Shown: positions 12,040-27,309, numbered from the whole stretch's first letter. The stretch is DNA of 63,535 nt, filler included, from Octopus bimaculoides (GCF_001194135.2; 6 parts of 6 records of this genome joined end to end with filler, not necessarily neighbours in it); one strand, 5' to 3'. The notes: a model not told the origin generated them from the sequence alone. Made by a program: numbers and translations.

Positions 12040-13244
12040 CAAGGGGTGTTCATTAAAGATTTCCCCTGATCTACTCCCCAAGGATTGGGATAAACGAAAC
12101 TTGGCATAGTTATTAGTGCTTTTCTACATAGTCAATGGTGACACTTTATGCAGCTGTGAAGACTTTGTCTATAGAAGCCGGTCAGTTGCGTCTGGAGCCA
12201 AGAATTTACCTCGGAAATAAGTTCATCATCTTCCTCTTCAAAAAAAAGACTTCATGGTAGGAAAGAGATGGAAGTCAGATGGTGCGAGGACGGGAGAGTA
12301 AAGGGGATGAGGAAGGATTTCATAGTCGCAGGAGTATGCTTTCATCTGGGCAACATGCGCATTTTGAACTGAGGCGTTGTCTTGGAGGAGGTGGACTCCT
12401 TTGGTCAATATGCCACGCCTCTCTGCTTTGATGGCGTCCCACAATTTCTGCCCTTTGCCAGAAAATCCATCATCACTACTCCGCGCTGGTCTCAAAAGAC
12501 TGTGAGCATAAGTTTGCCTGCTGAGGGTGGGACACGAGCCTTCTTTGGAGGTGGTGAGTTATCATGCTTCCAGGGCTTCAACCGAACTTTAGTCTCAGGA
12601 TCATAGTGATGGACCCATGTTTCATCCTGTGTGAAAAGTTTGCCGAAAAAGCCCTCCTTGTTTTCTTGGCACATTGCCAAAAGAGCCTGGGAGCAATTGA
12701 CTCGTTCCTGCTTCTGAAAGGGTGTGAGCATCCGGAGAATCCATCGTGCATACTACGTCCTCATGTCGTGAATGATTTTTCTACGGATCTTCACTTCTTG
12801 GGCTTGTTGCCGAATAGTTATGCGGCGATCCTCCAAAATGGCGGCTTCCAATTTATGGGTAGTATCGTCATTAATGGCGGAATGTGGTCGTCCAGGAATA
12901 GGAGCAGTTTTGACCGATGTCCGACCACATTTGAATTGGCTATGCCAGTGCTTGACTACGTCAAATGATGGTGCATCGTCACCATAAACTTCTTTTATCT
13001 CATCAAAAGTCTCTTTTGCTGTATGACCTTTCAAGTATAAGAACCTGATCACTGATCTGCATTCAGCTGCCTCCATTATAACACCTTAGTCCATTTCAGC
13101 AACCGTAAAAGACAAGCGAATACTAGTACAAAGCTGCAATTTACAATGTAACATGTAGAGACATGTATGATTATACCTGTTCAAGTTCTGTTTCCTGCAA
13201 TACCCGGAAGTGGGTCAGAAGAAATCTTTAATGAACACCCCTCG
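12040..13244 (-). mobile_element. Full-length mariner (D,D34D-type), transposase pseudogenised
   Basis: 24-bp TIRs match 23/24 (caaggggtgttcattaaagatttc / gaaatctttaatgaacacccctcg) with TA on both sides. HTH start MEAAECRSVIRFLYLKG, TQDETWVHHYDPETK, LLQDNA, HPLYSPVLAPSDFHLF, in three frames. Confidence 0.95.
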
Positions 13245-14151
13245 TATATAAATGTTCAGTTTTATGTGTGTACAAATATGCATTCGTTACCGATTGTTCT
13301 ACGTACTACAAGAAACTTTTGCCATGCATTTTGTCACCAGATAAAAGTGATATAGTTTTAATCTTCAGAATGTTATAAAATATGTCCATTTCTTTGTTCG
13401 CACAGTCAATTAGTGATTGTTATTTTATTTACATTTCCATTGCTTTCAATAACAACAGGAAAATAGTTTCGTGTAATTTGTCAGCCAATATGCAATCTAT
13501 GATATTAGTTTTAAGTCATACTTTCATCTACGACTTAAATATTGATTTAAACAGATTATGATAGCCAAAAATCTACCAACATTGGTCCAACTATTTCTTG
13601 GTCAGTTCCTCAGTCATTCTCTCTAGCTTGTGTCCCCCTTAAAACTATACATAACATATATCAGTCATCCATGACAGTGGGTGAATAAAATTTTTGAGGT
13701 CAACATTTACTATCTCATGACCATTTTCATGCTGTTTAGCTAATTCAATTCTTAACTAAATTAAATGCGGAACTACATTTTCAGTTGCTGTATTAGAAAA
13801 TTAGTTGGTAAAAAAAAGTTACAATAAAATAAGAATATTCAAACATGGGTGAGTAACGCAAAGATGCAACTTCTAAGCAATATAGGTTCACCAAAGTGCA
13901 CAAAATTTAATTTAAGTGCTTCAGACTCAACATAAAACATTGGCTATGACCTCAATTAAGCATGCACATGAGAGGGGAATTTAGGCGGGGTAAAAGTGAT
14001 TCTTCAAATTTTTACCAAATTACCATCGTGAATCCTAAAGGCACCCTAGTTTTCCCCTTAATCTTTCTCTTACTTTTTATCACTGATCCAACCCGAAAGA
14101 CATGTTATTTAATCTATTTCTACTTTGTCCTGTACTTTTGAACTTTTCCAG

Positions 14152-14211
14152 GTTCAGTAAAAAATATTACTCCTGTGCTCATTTTCCTGCTAGTGACATT
14201 TATACCAGCAG
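14152..14211 (+). CDS. Candidate signal-peptide-like exon (phase 1-1, 60 nt)
   Basis: Acceptor cttttgaacttttccag, frame xSVKNITPVLIFLLVTFIPA(G), donor G|gtattg, in-frame TGA just upstream of the acceptor. Confidence 0.3.
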
Positions 14212-14769
14212 GTATTGATGAAGCAAAGGTTTCTGACAAGAGTCATTCAAACTTCTTCAGAGAAATTCAACTCTGCAAGGAGAGTAATAAAACAATAAAG
14301 ATACCCAGGCATGGACGGTGTTATGTATTCTATTGGTATTAACGGTCAATAAAGGAATACCTAACTAAACATATTCTCTGATGATGCTTGACATTAATAT
14401 TTCACTATCTAAACATTTTTGTCAACAGATTTTCCATCACATGCACACATGCACACATACGTACACATACACACGTACGAAAATACACACGTGCAAAAAA
14501 AAAACATACATATAGACTCACTGGGAATATATGAGTGTGTGCGTATGAGTGTGTGAACGATGAGAAAGTTGATAAACAAGTGTGTGTACGTAGAGGGCAC
14601 ACATATATGTCTTCTTGAGTGTTTGGTGATAAAACATCAGTATAATGGACTGTTAACTATAACACTTCAAATTTGTATTGTTTATTGCACTCACTGTACA
14701 ACCAAGCATTGAAAAGTTTAAATATATTTTAGGTTGTAATAAAATAAAATTCATGCATTCATTCGTCCA

Positions 14770-14804
<35 letters not shown>

Positions 14805-14933
14805 TATATATATATGGCATCTTTATATAAGCTTAAAGCTAATGGCGATCACCGTGTAATGACTAAGGAAAATAGTCTAATAAAGGGGTATATAAGCCCT
14901 AAAGCATATATATATATATATATATATATATAC

Positions 14934-15079
14934 TAAATAGAAACATTATTATTTCTAAATCTCTCAAAGAATTCGTCCCATCCAGGACTGCCACATTATG
15001 TTGGCAAATAGTCCTTATTTTAAAGTACTGCTAGTGAATATCTCTTTCAGAGATTTAGAAATAATAATGTTTCTATTTA
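14934..15079. mobile_element. Small fold-back/MITE with 31-bp perfect inverted arms
   Basis: taaatagaaacattattatttctaaatctct (14934-14964) is the reverse complement of 15049-15079. Confidence 0.75.
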
Positions 15080-15609
15080 TTAGATCAGTAACTGTGTATC
15101 ACTTTGAAAATTATATATTTTCGAGCGTGAATTCAGCAACGCCGTCTAACCGATCAGCTTATCTGTGTTGATAAAGAGCAATAACCCAGAAACCGGTCCA
15201 CAGATGTTGCTTTGTGCTAGTTGGTTGTGCTGAGCTCCCCTGTTCGAAAATAAAAGGATACAGATATTATGTCGTATAGCCAGCTGGAAATGACATTTCC
15301 AGCTAGCTATATTCTGATACTGTAGAAAGCTTGCCAAACTAAAATAAATTCGGTGTAAACCCAGTATTATACTTGTCACCTATCAATACATTAAGTATGG
15401 CTCATAGATGGTGTTTGCATATAAAACATATAAAATGTATTTTATATATAAAGGAAAAAATTATATACTTTGTATTAATTTTTTCCTTAATTGGTTTTAC
15501 ACGCTGGCTATTTGATAAAATCTTATATAGATTTTATCCTTATACCTTATTTACAAATTATATATATATATATATATATGCGCGTGCGCGGTAGGGGGTA
15601 TTTATGTGA

Positions 15610-17200
15610 AGGTCTCAACCTGAGACCTCCACACTTATTTGTTTGGCCGAACTTGTCCTCTCCCGCAACTGCTTCTCGTTCGCAGGGGAGTTTTACCAAC
15701 AGGTCTCGAGAGTGGCCATGGAATGAGAATGGCCCCAACTATGTGAACCTGTTCGTTGGCTATGTTGAGGCCCTAATATTCTCACAATTTACTGGTTCCA
15801 CTCCCGAGCTCTACGGTCGTTTCTTCGATGACTGTATCAGCCTGACCTCACTCTCCCGCCAACATCTGGACTCCTTCCTCTCCAATCCTTCCAACCTGCC
15901 CTCGAATTCTCCTGCACTATCTCTAACTCTTTTGTCGAATTTCTCGATATTTCTGTCAGCATACACCACTCCGCTCTGACCACCTCCATCCATTACAAAC
16001 ACATTGACTCACACTTTTACCTTAACTTCTCCTCCTCCCACCCTAACACACCAAGCTCTCCAGCCCCTACTCTCAATTCCTCCGTCAACACACGCTCTGC
16101 AATGTCGACTATGACTTTGAGACTCAGTCTCAACTCATGGCTCACCACTTCATCCTACGTGGATATCCCTTCGTTATTATCCATACTACCCTTGTCCGGG
16201 CACGATCTGTGTGCCTCTGCTCTTTCTCCTCGCACTCGCCTCACCCTTACCCGTTTCCCATTCCCTTCACCTACCACCCCTCCACCCTACCCCAGCAATG
16301 CCCCATTCTCCGAGCCTTCCGCCGACTCCAATTCGACCTCTCCCCCTCGCACATTTTCCCTAACCTACCGCTTCCCTCGTTCAAACGAGCCCATAATCTG
16401 CGTGACTTCCTGGTCCGCAGTTTTTTCCCTACCCCTGCCTCCTTGCCTGGCTCCTTCCCCTGCTTTCGCCCCACGCTGTCGCACCTGCCCTACCTTTCCA
16501 ACACCACCATCTTCACTGGCACTCATCATAGTCCCTATCACATCACCGACTCCTTTACCTGCACCTCTAGTAATGTTATTTACTACATCACCTGCTCTCT
16601 TTCTCCTTCCCTGTACATTGGTCAAACGGGATACCGCTTGGCTGACCAGTTCGCGGAGTACCTCAGATTCGGCAGTGATACTCCTCTCCCGCGCTACTTC
16701 TGCTCTACCGGTCATTCGCAACAACATCTGTCTGTGTTCGGACTGTCTCTGCATAAGGGCCACCCGGACTCCCACCATCGCCGTGAACAAGAATTAATCT
16801 TCTCTCTTCATTCCTTTGCACCAAATGGACTCAACTCACTACCTCTCTTCATCTAACACCAACCCCACACACCTCCCACATTCAACTGCCCTCCTCTACC
16901 TACATACCTGCATACCGCCTACCTCGGTACCCTCACCACACGCACGCCACTATACAAACACCCATACACACTGTTCACCTCATTAATCACTNNNNNNNNN
17001 NNNNNNNNNNNNNNNNNNNNNNNNNNNNNNNNNNNNNNNNNNNNNNNNNNNNNNNNNNNNNNNNNNNNNNNNNNNNNNNNNNNNNNNNNNNATTATTATT
17101 ATTATTATTATTAAGACAAACATTTTTCTCTTTGGCCAATCCCTGATGAACGTGAATCCCCAATCACGTGAAAAGTAAAATAAGGGTAGAGAGGGAAGTG
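15610..17200 (+). mobile_element. Penelope-like retroelement C (Neptune-like), 5'-truncated
   Basis: GPNYVNLFVGYVE..IF..FTG..PELYGRFFDDC; VEFLDISV..TTSIHYK..DSH.YLNF.SSHP; LRGYP; FTCTSSNVIYYITCS..PSLYIGQT; REQELIFSL...APNGLN (ORF 16137-16856). Confidence 0.9.
17136..17190 (+). ncRNA. Degenerate HHR core after PLE-C
   Basis: CTGATGA-acgtga atccccaa tcacgt-GAAA at 17143-17173. Stem III and the cleavage triplet are not recognisable. Confidence 0.5.
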
Positions 17201-17385
17201 TTGCCTTCTAGCCAGTTTGCTGAAAGGTGGATGAAAGTGGCGAGGATGGTGCGAGTGAACGGGCCTGCCCTGAACATGCGCCTGTAGTTGGAAGAAAAAA
17301 GGAAAGGAAAAGGCACCTACCCCAAAAATCAGGATACCCATGGCTATTTTATGGGGGTTTTCCATGAGCATCCCTCGAACGTCTC

Positions 17386-17443
17386 CTCTCTACTGAGGAT
17401 TACACACTCTCTACTGAGGAATACACACTCTCTACTGAGGAAA
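17386..17443. repeat. 21-bp tandem x~3 (ctctctactgaggaatacaca)
   Basis: Copies start at 17386, 17407 and 17428. Confidence 0.85.
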
Positions 17444-17574
17444 ACCTTCACAACACACATACACACACACTTTATTTATTATTTTTTTTGTCCTATGCTG
17501 TCCATAATGTTTTTCTTAATGTAAACCTTTGTGGTTAATAAAGAAATCATCATCATCATCATCATTATTATTAT

Positions 17575-17992
17575 TGAGTGAGAGAGCACTGCATGCCATC
17601 AAAGTGACACTGGGGTGAAATATACGAAGCCCAGTATACTCATCATGGCTACTCGTCTGATAAGAGTACACCAGGCACATGCATCACAACCATATGTGCG
17701 CGACATGGTGATTTCATATCAAGATAAACAGCGCATTACCTTGCAGTTGTGGCCCAGTTAGAGTTTTATTCAGGTCGAGTAGCCCATCCCGCTCAAAAAG
17801 TCTCTGAATGATAATAATAATCCTTTCTATTATAGGCACAATGCCTGAAATTTTACGTGAAGGGACTAGTCAATTACATCGAATCCAGTGTTTCACCCCG
17901 AAAGGATGAAAGACAGAGTCGACCTGGGCAGAACCCGAACTCAGAACACAGCGACAGACGAAGTACCTCATAGCATTTCGCCCGGCGTGCTA

Positions 17993-17995
<3 letters not shown>
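17575..17995 (-). mobile_element. Two adjacent SINE-type repeats
   Basis: 17815-17995 matches the reverse complement of the SINE at 36570-36800. 17575-17810 is assigned as an interspersed repeat by recall only. Confidence 0.65.
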
Positions 17996-18076
<81 letters not shown>

Positions 18077-18670
18077 CTCTTTTTCATTCAGCCTCTTTAT
18101 TCCAGTCATTTCGCCATTCTGGACCGTTGAACTCTGCACACTTTTTNNNNNNNNNNNNNNNNNNNNNNNNNNNNNNNNNNNNNNNNNNNNNNNNNNNNNN
18201 NNNNNNNNNNNNNNNNNNNNNNNNNNNNNNNNNNNNNNNNNNNNNNNNNNNNNNNNNNNNNNNNNNNNNNNNNNNNNNNNNNNNNNNNNNNNNNNNNNNN
18301 NNNNNNNNNNNNNNNNNNNNNNNNNNNNNNNNNNNNNNNNNNNNNNNNNNNNNNNNNNNNNNNNNNNNNNNNNNNNNNNNNNNNNNNNNNNNNNNNNNNN
18401 NNNNNNNNNNNNNNNNNNNNNNNNNNNNNNNNNNNNNNNNNNNNNNNNNNNNNNNNNNNNNNNNNNNNNNNNNNNNNNNNNNNNNNNNNNNNNNNNNNNN
18501 NNNNNNNNNNNNNNNNNNNNNNNNNNNNNNNNNNNNNNNNNNNNNNNNNNNNNNNNNNNNNNNNNNNNNNNNNNNNNNNNNNNNNNNNNNNNNNNNNNNN
18601 NNNNNNNNNNNNNNNNNNNNNNNNNNNNNNNNNNNNNNNNNNNNNNNNNNNNNNNNNNNNNNNNNNNNNG

Positions 18671-19691
18671 ATCTGGGGACTGTAGTGGCCAGATAAGATG
18701 TTCAACTTCACCAGAATGTTCCTCGTGCCATTCAGTAACAACTTTAGTTGTATGAATTGGTGCATTATCATCTTGAAAGATTTCGTTGCCCCCCCCCTCC
18801 CGGAAACAGTTCCGCAACCATAGGATGAATTTGATAAGATAAAATGCTTAAATAGTCTTGACTATTCATTCTGCCATGGAGAGAAGCCATTGGGCCGGCG
18901 GATTTCCAAGATATAGCCCCCCTCCTCCAAATTATCACAGATCCTCCTCCATGTTTAACAGCTGGAAGAAGGCAGTCTGGGCCAAATGCTTTTTTTGGCT
19001 GTCTCCACATGTATACTCGGCCGGTGGTCGGAAATAAGGTAAAGGATGACTCGTACGAGAAAACAACATTCTTCCACTGCTCTAGGGACCAATTCTGTAG
19101 TTTTTACTCCACTCTAAACGCTTTGCACCGTTTGTTTTTGAAAGTAGTGGTTTTCTGATTGCAACCCTCCCATGAAACCTGGTTTTGTGCAGCCCTCGGT
19201 GAACAGTTTTTGTGGAAACTGGGTTCTTGATGTGGTTATTAAGCTCTACAGTAATTTTGGGAGCTGTACTTTTATGATCCTTTCTAATAATTCGCGTAAG
19301 AGTCCGACGGTCCCTATCTGAAAGATTTGTTTTTTTCCGGAGTTTTGTTTCGACGAGGAGGTCTTTCCCTCTTTCTCAAAGGTTTCGAGACAGTACTTCT
19401 TGATACACCAAACTTTTCGGCTGTTTTCGTTACGCTAGCGCCTGCTATACAAGCACCGACAATTTGACTTCTTTCAAAATCCGATAGATCTGTCATTTTA
19501 ATGAATTTTATTTACCTTTTTCTGATGATATCTAAAAAGAATCAGTAATTTTAATAAAACATATTAAGCACCACTAATAATAAATTAAAAAAAAACATGA
19601 AAATAAACAAGCCTTTGACGGTTTTATAGATATTTCAAAATTATGATGCTATGATGTTAGGTGTTTCCATTTTTTTGTCCAATCCGTGTGT
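18671..19691 (-). mobile_element. Tc1-type transposon, decayed, 3' end in gap
   Basis: MTDLSDFERSQIVG..IAGASVTKTA..FGVSRSTVSK; FSDESSF; VKHGGGSVIIW; IFQDDNAPIHT..V.EW.EEH...HLIWP.QSPD. Probable terminus cacacggattggacaaaaaaatggaaacacc at the 19.69-kb gap. Confidence 0.9.
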
Positions 19692-20636
19692 NNNNNNNNN
19701 NNNNNNNNNNNNNNNNNNNNNNNNNNNNNNNNNNNNNNNNNNNNNNNNNNNNNNNNNNNNNNNNNNNNNNNNNNNNNNNNNNNNNNNNNNNNNNNNNNNN
19801 NNNNNNNNNNNNNNNNNNNNNNNNNNNNNNNNNNNNNNNNNNNNNNNNNNNNNNNNNNNNNNNNNNNNNNNNNNNNNNNNNNNNNNNNNNNNNNNNNNNN
19901 NNNNNNNNNNNNNNNNNNNNNNNNNNNNNNNNNNNNNNNNNNNNNNNNNNNNNNNNNNNNNNNNNNNNNNNNNNNNNNNNNNNNNNNNNNNNNNNNNNNN
20001 NNNNNNNNNNNNNNNNNNNNNNNNNNNNNNNNNNNNNNNNNNNNNNNNNNNNNNNNNNNNNNNNNNNNNNNNNNNNNNNNNNNNNNNNNNNNNNNNNNNN
20101 NNNNNNNNNNNNNNNNNNNNNNNNNNNNNNNNNNNNNNNNNNNNNNNNNNNNNNNNNNNNNNNNNNNNNNNNNNNNNNNNNNNNNNNNNNNNNNNNNNNN
20201 NNNNNNNNNNNNNNNNNNNNNNNNNNNNNNNNNNNNNNNNNNNNNNNNNNNNNNNNNNNNNNNNNNNNNNNNNNNNNNNNNNNNNNNNNNNNNNNNNNNN
20301 NNNNNNNNNNNNNNNNNNNNNNNNNNNNNNNNNNNNNNNNNNNNNNNNNNNNNNNNNNNNNNNNNNNNNNNNNNNNNNNNNNNNNNNNNNNNNNNNNNNN
20401 NNNNNNNNNNNNNNNNNNNNNNNNNNNNNNNNNNNNNNNNNNNNNNNNNNNNNNNNNNNNNNNNNNNNNNNNNNNNNNNNNNNNNNNNNNNNNNNNNNNN
20501 NNNNNNNNNNNNNNNNNNNNNNNNNNNNNNNNNNNNNNNNNNNNNNNNNNNNNNNNNNNNNNNNNNNNNNNNNNNNNNNNNNNNNNNNNNNNNNNNNNNN
20601 NNNNNNNNNNNNNNNNNNNTATACACGATGGAGTAT

Positions 20637-20865
20637 CCAGACGAAATCAGTATTTTGCAATATTTTTATTTCTTTATTGCCAACAAGGGGTTAAACATAG
20701 AGGGGACAAACAAGGACAGGCAAAGGTCGATAACATCGACCTCAGTGCGTAACTGGTACTTACCTAATCGACCCCGAAAGGATGAAAGGCAAAATCGACC
20801 TTGACGGAATTTGAGCTCAGAACGTAACGGCAGACGAAATACTGTTAAGCACTTCGCCCGGCGAG
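20637..20865 (-). mobile_element. SINE (family A)
   Basis: Reverse complement of the 36570-36800 type. Confidence 0.85.
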
Positions 20866-20874
20866 CTAATTTTA

Positions 20875-21894
20875 AATGTTTACGCTTTTATCGCCTTCAG
20901 AGTATTCTTTATCAGAAACAATGTGTCGGTCCAGACGCGTTTTCCACTGTTCGAAGCAGTCTTAGAACTCTTGCCAAATGATACCATAAAAGGTATCCTC
21001 CGTCGTTTTTTTCTTCACATCTACAAAACGTTTTCCTTTAAGGAATTTTTCATTCGGGTGAGCAAAAATAAGTTGCAGGGTGCGAGATTGGATGAATAGA
21101 GAGGGTGGGTAATCAGGGTTATGCCATTTTTGGTCAGAAATTGTTTCACACTCAAAGCGGTGTGAGCAGGAGCATTTACGCGATGAAACCATCACTCCCC
21201 ACTTTGCCACTGGTCGGTAGGTTTTGGTCTCATCGCGCCTCGCAAACGCTTCAGAACTGCCACGTGAAATATCTGGCTAACAGTTTAACCAGAAGGAAGA
21301 AATTTTGTGTGCATAATTCCTTTCGCATCGATGAAACAAATCAGCATCGTCTTGACATTCGACTTCACTTTTTGGGGGGCGTGGTGACATTTAATGCTTC
21401 CATTGACTTGATTGCTGTTTTGTTTCCGGGTCGCAGCCGTAGCATCAGCCCTCGTTATCAGTGATGACCTTCGAAAAAAGGTCCGGGTCAACTTCCAAAT
21501 GTTGTTTCAGTTCACGACACACATTCAGTCGTAACTGCATTTGATCTTCCGTGAGCAAGCGAGGCACAAATTTTACTGTAACTCATTTCATTCGCATTTT
21601 CTCGCTCAAAATTCGTTGGCAGGAGCTCCAGGATACATCAGTCATATCAACAAGTTCGTCAATTGTTCGGTGACGGTCCTCCAAGATCAGTTCATGAATT
21701 TTCATGATGTTTTCATTCGTTCAAGTCAACGGTCACCCCGAAACAGGTTGCTCTTCAAGCGACAAGTGACCATTCCTAAAACGTGAAAACTACTCGTAAA
21801 CTTGTGTTTTGCTCATGGTAACGTCCTTGTAAGCTGTTTGAAGTATGACAACTGTTTCGGCCGCCGTTTTCTCCAGCAGAAAACAGAATTTCAC
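20875..21894 (-). mobile_element. Mariner transposase relic, family 2
   Basis: VKFCFLLEKTAAETVVILQTAYKDVTMSKTQVYE; VKFVPRLLTEDQ; DPDLFSKVIT; KVKSNVKTMLICFIDAKGIMH; KGKRF.DVKKKT. Confidence 0.85.
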
Positions 21895-22241
21895 NNNNNN
21901 NNNNNNNNNNNNNNNNNNNNNNNNNNNNNNNNNNNNNNNNNNNNNNNNNNNNNNNNNNNNNNNNNNNNNNNNNNNNNNNNNNNNNNNNNNNNNNNNNNNN
22001 NNNNNNNNNNNNNNNNNNNNNNNNNNNNNNNNNNNNNNNNNNNNNNNNNNNNNNNNNNNNNNNNNNNNNNNNNNNNNNNNNNNNNNNNNNNNNNNNNNNN
22101 NNNNNNNNNNNNNNNNNNNNNNNNNNNNNNNNNNNNNNNNNNNNNNNNNNNNNNNNNNNNNNNNNNNNNNNNNNNNNNNNNNNNNNNNNNNNNNNNNNNN
22201 NNNNNNNNNNNNNNNNNNNNNNNNNNNNNNNNNNNNNNNNN

Positions 22242-22299
<58 letters not shown>

Positions 22300-22317
22300 T
22301 ATTCTTTATTTGACTGC

Positions 22318-22680
22318 ATCGATGAAGTGGCAACACCTTGAAGGGTGTAGTCGGACAAATCGATCCCGGTACTTATTTTAGGCCTGGTTTTTATGTGCCG
22401 AACTGCTAAGCTACTGGCACGAAAACAAACTCCGGTTGTCAAATAGTGTTGGGAGACAAACTCAAAGACAGTAACACGTAGACATAGATGCATCCCCCCA
22501 CCCCACACATGTATTTACAATGGGTTTCTTTTAGTTTCCGTCTGCCAAATCCACTTACAAGGTTTTAGTTTGCTCGGGACTACATTAGGAGACCCTCTTC
22601 CAATGTGCCACGCAGTGCGTCTGAGCCCGGAGCCATCTGGTTTGGAAGGAAACTTCTTACCACACCACCACACCTACACC
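22318..22680. mobile_element. SINE cluster
   Basis: Same head and body as 11625-11835 and 62590-62950. Confidence 0.7.
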
Positions 22681-22768
22681 TAAGAAATATTCTTACCATA
22701 CAGCCAATAGGATCAATTACTTGATCGTGGGGAAAACAATTGGTTAGCATTTAGTAAAAACAATGGCT

Positions 22769-23068
22769 TGTATAGAAAACACAAATGAATCGATAATTGT
22801 TCAATAAAGTTTATTAATCAATGCGACAAATGCACTTCGTCCAATATCGAGATTAGACAGAAAATGACCCAATCTATCTAGTTAAGGTTGTGTGTAAGTA
22901 GGGCACGTGATTGGCTCTTTACACCTATTTGTCTACAGCGAGAGATCTTCTCCATAGCAAAATACATTGAATGGCTTTCTTACGGGTTCGGATATACCTC
23001 AAACAGATGAACTGGTAACAAATTTGTATTTATACACACCACTGCTTAGCGCTGTCAACCCGTATACA
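22769..23068 (-). mobile_element. Possible solo LTR
   Basis: TGTATA...TATACA termini, minus-strand CCAAT/CACGTG, and AATAAA near the 3' end; no TSD found. Confidence 0.3.
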
Positions 23069-23102
23069 CACACGCACATACACACGGGCGCGTGTGCGCG
23101 CG

Positions 23103-25834
<2,732 letters not shown>

Positions 25835-25851
25835 TCAAAAGCTGAACTGCC

Positions 25852-26157
25852 TCAGTGCTAATTTTAATTTTATAGCTATTTGATACAATTTAATACCTGT
25901 AATCACCTAAATTATTGCTGTTATTATTATCAAAATCTTATATTCACCGCAGATAATATTAACAATAATAATATCTTTATGAATGTTCACATCTGTATAT
26001 TCACTCCTTATTGAAATTTTTGCCCTAAGGCAGTTCTGCTTTTGGCGCAAAACACATCAAGAACGCCACCAGAGTTCTACGTGAAGTGTTTTGAATTTTT
26101 TCCTCTCGGTAAGTCGTGCTGAAGGAAGTTGATGCCCGCGAGCCAAAACTCGAAACA
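25852..26157 (-). repeat. Inverted copy of the 470-bp unit junction (fold-back arm)
   Basis: Reverse complement of ~25340-25812 minus the microsatellite expansion. Confidence 0.85.
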
Positions 26158-26177
26158 ATATAAGCTAAATCTAGATT

Positions 26178-26256
26178 AGACACAATATAAGCTAAATTTA
26201 GATTCAGTAGGGTATTATATACCTTACTGAATATAAATTTAGCTTATATTGTGTCT
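26178..26256. repeat. ~37-bp-stem hairpin; its 3' half recurs at ~26630-26750
   Basis: agacacaatataagctaaattta(g)attcagtagggta...taccttactgaat(a)taaatttagcttatattgtgtct. Confidence 0.8.
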
Positions 26257-26757
26257 GTTGCAGTGAGAACTTGCTAGCAACCTTATTAATATCATTGATA
26301 ACGGTAATAATACATCTTTATTTAAATCTATCCTTTATCACGATAGTTTCCTTTTAAACGGAGCGGGACGTTTAAAGTAAGGAACGCACACGAGCTAATA
26401 TAGTGAATATTTTAGAAATAGATGTTAAAATATTATTTTCAGCTGAAGGTTCCAGAGTATGCTGATCATACAGAGAGTGAAATCAATTGGTATTGAAATA
26501 TACATTACTTACTGACGTATTGAACGCAAGGATAAACCTATTTCTTATATGTTCATTGCATTGCTCATGTGTATCTTTACTGTGAGTTACTGGTGGTTTT
26601 GGAGCCTTGGCTTTGATTTTAGCAAGTGGTACTATATACCATACTGAATCTAAATTTAACTTATATAGTGTCTGTTACGGTGTGAACTTGCTAGCCACCT
26701 TATTATTACCTTATTGATATCATTAATAACATTAATAATACATCTTTATATATATAT

Positions 26758-27309
26758 ACTAGCAGCTAAGCCCGGTTTTACCCGGTCGGTTTGGATGATA
26801 TGGCTGTAAAACCTGCTCTGTGTAAGCATTTGACTTGTTTGGGCACGCTTACGTTAAAAAGCAATTTTAGAATAATTTTTTCTGTCAAAACGCTAAAAGT
26901 AACTAACCAACAACAAAAAAACAACCAAGATTCAACCAAATCAAAAAATAAACCCAAATACTAAGCGAACAAAGATGAACCATCTCACTTCCATTGCGCG
27001 CACACGCGCACACACACAAACGCACACACACAAACGCACACACACAAACGCACACACACAAACGCACACACACAAACGCACACACACAAACGCACACACA
27101 CAAACGCACACACACAAACGCACACACACAAACGCACACACACAAACGCACACACAAACGCACACACACAAACACACACACATTCATATACCCCCCTTTT
27201 GCATACACACATATTCACACAGAGTTGAAACGCTCACACCTTTCTTCCTTATTCATCTATCACCCCTTCCGTTCTCATTCATAAACACAAGAGTATTATT
27301 ATAGTGGAT
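26758..27309 (+). mobile_element. Non-autonomous Helitron/Helentron-like (DINE-1/Lep1-type) element with internal (CACAAACGCACA)n
   Basis: Starts ACTAGC..cccggttttacccgg, has a central minisatellite at ~27005-27180, and ends ttattatagtggat. This architecture is typical of these elements. Confidence 0.45.

Noticed and set aside
26995-27185. CRISPR-like array
   Set aside because: Head-to-tail 12-mer with no spacers, in a eukaryotic context.
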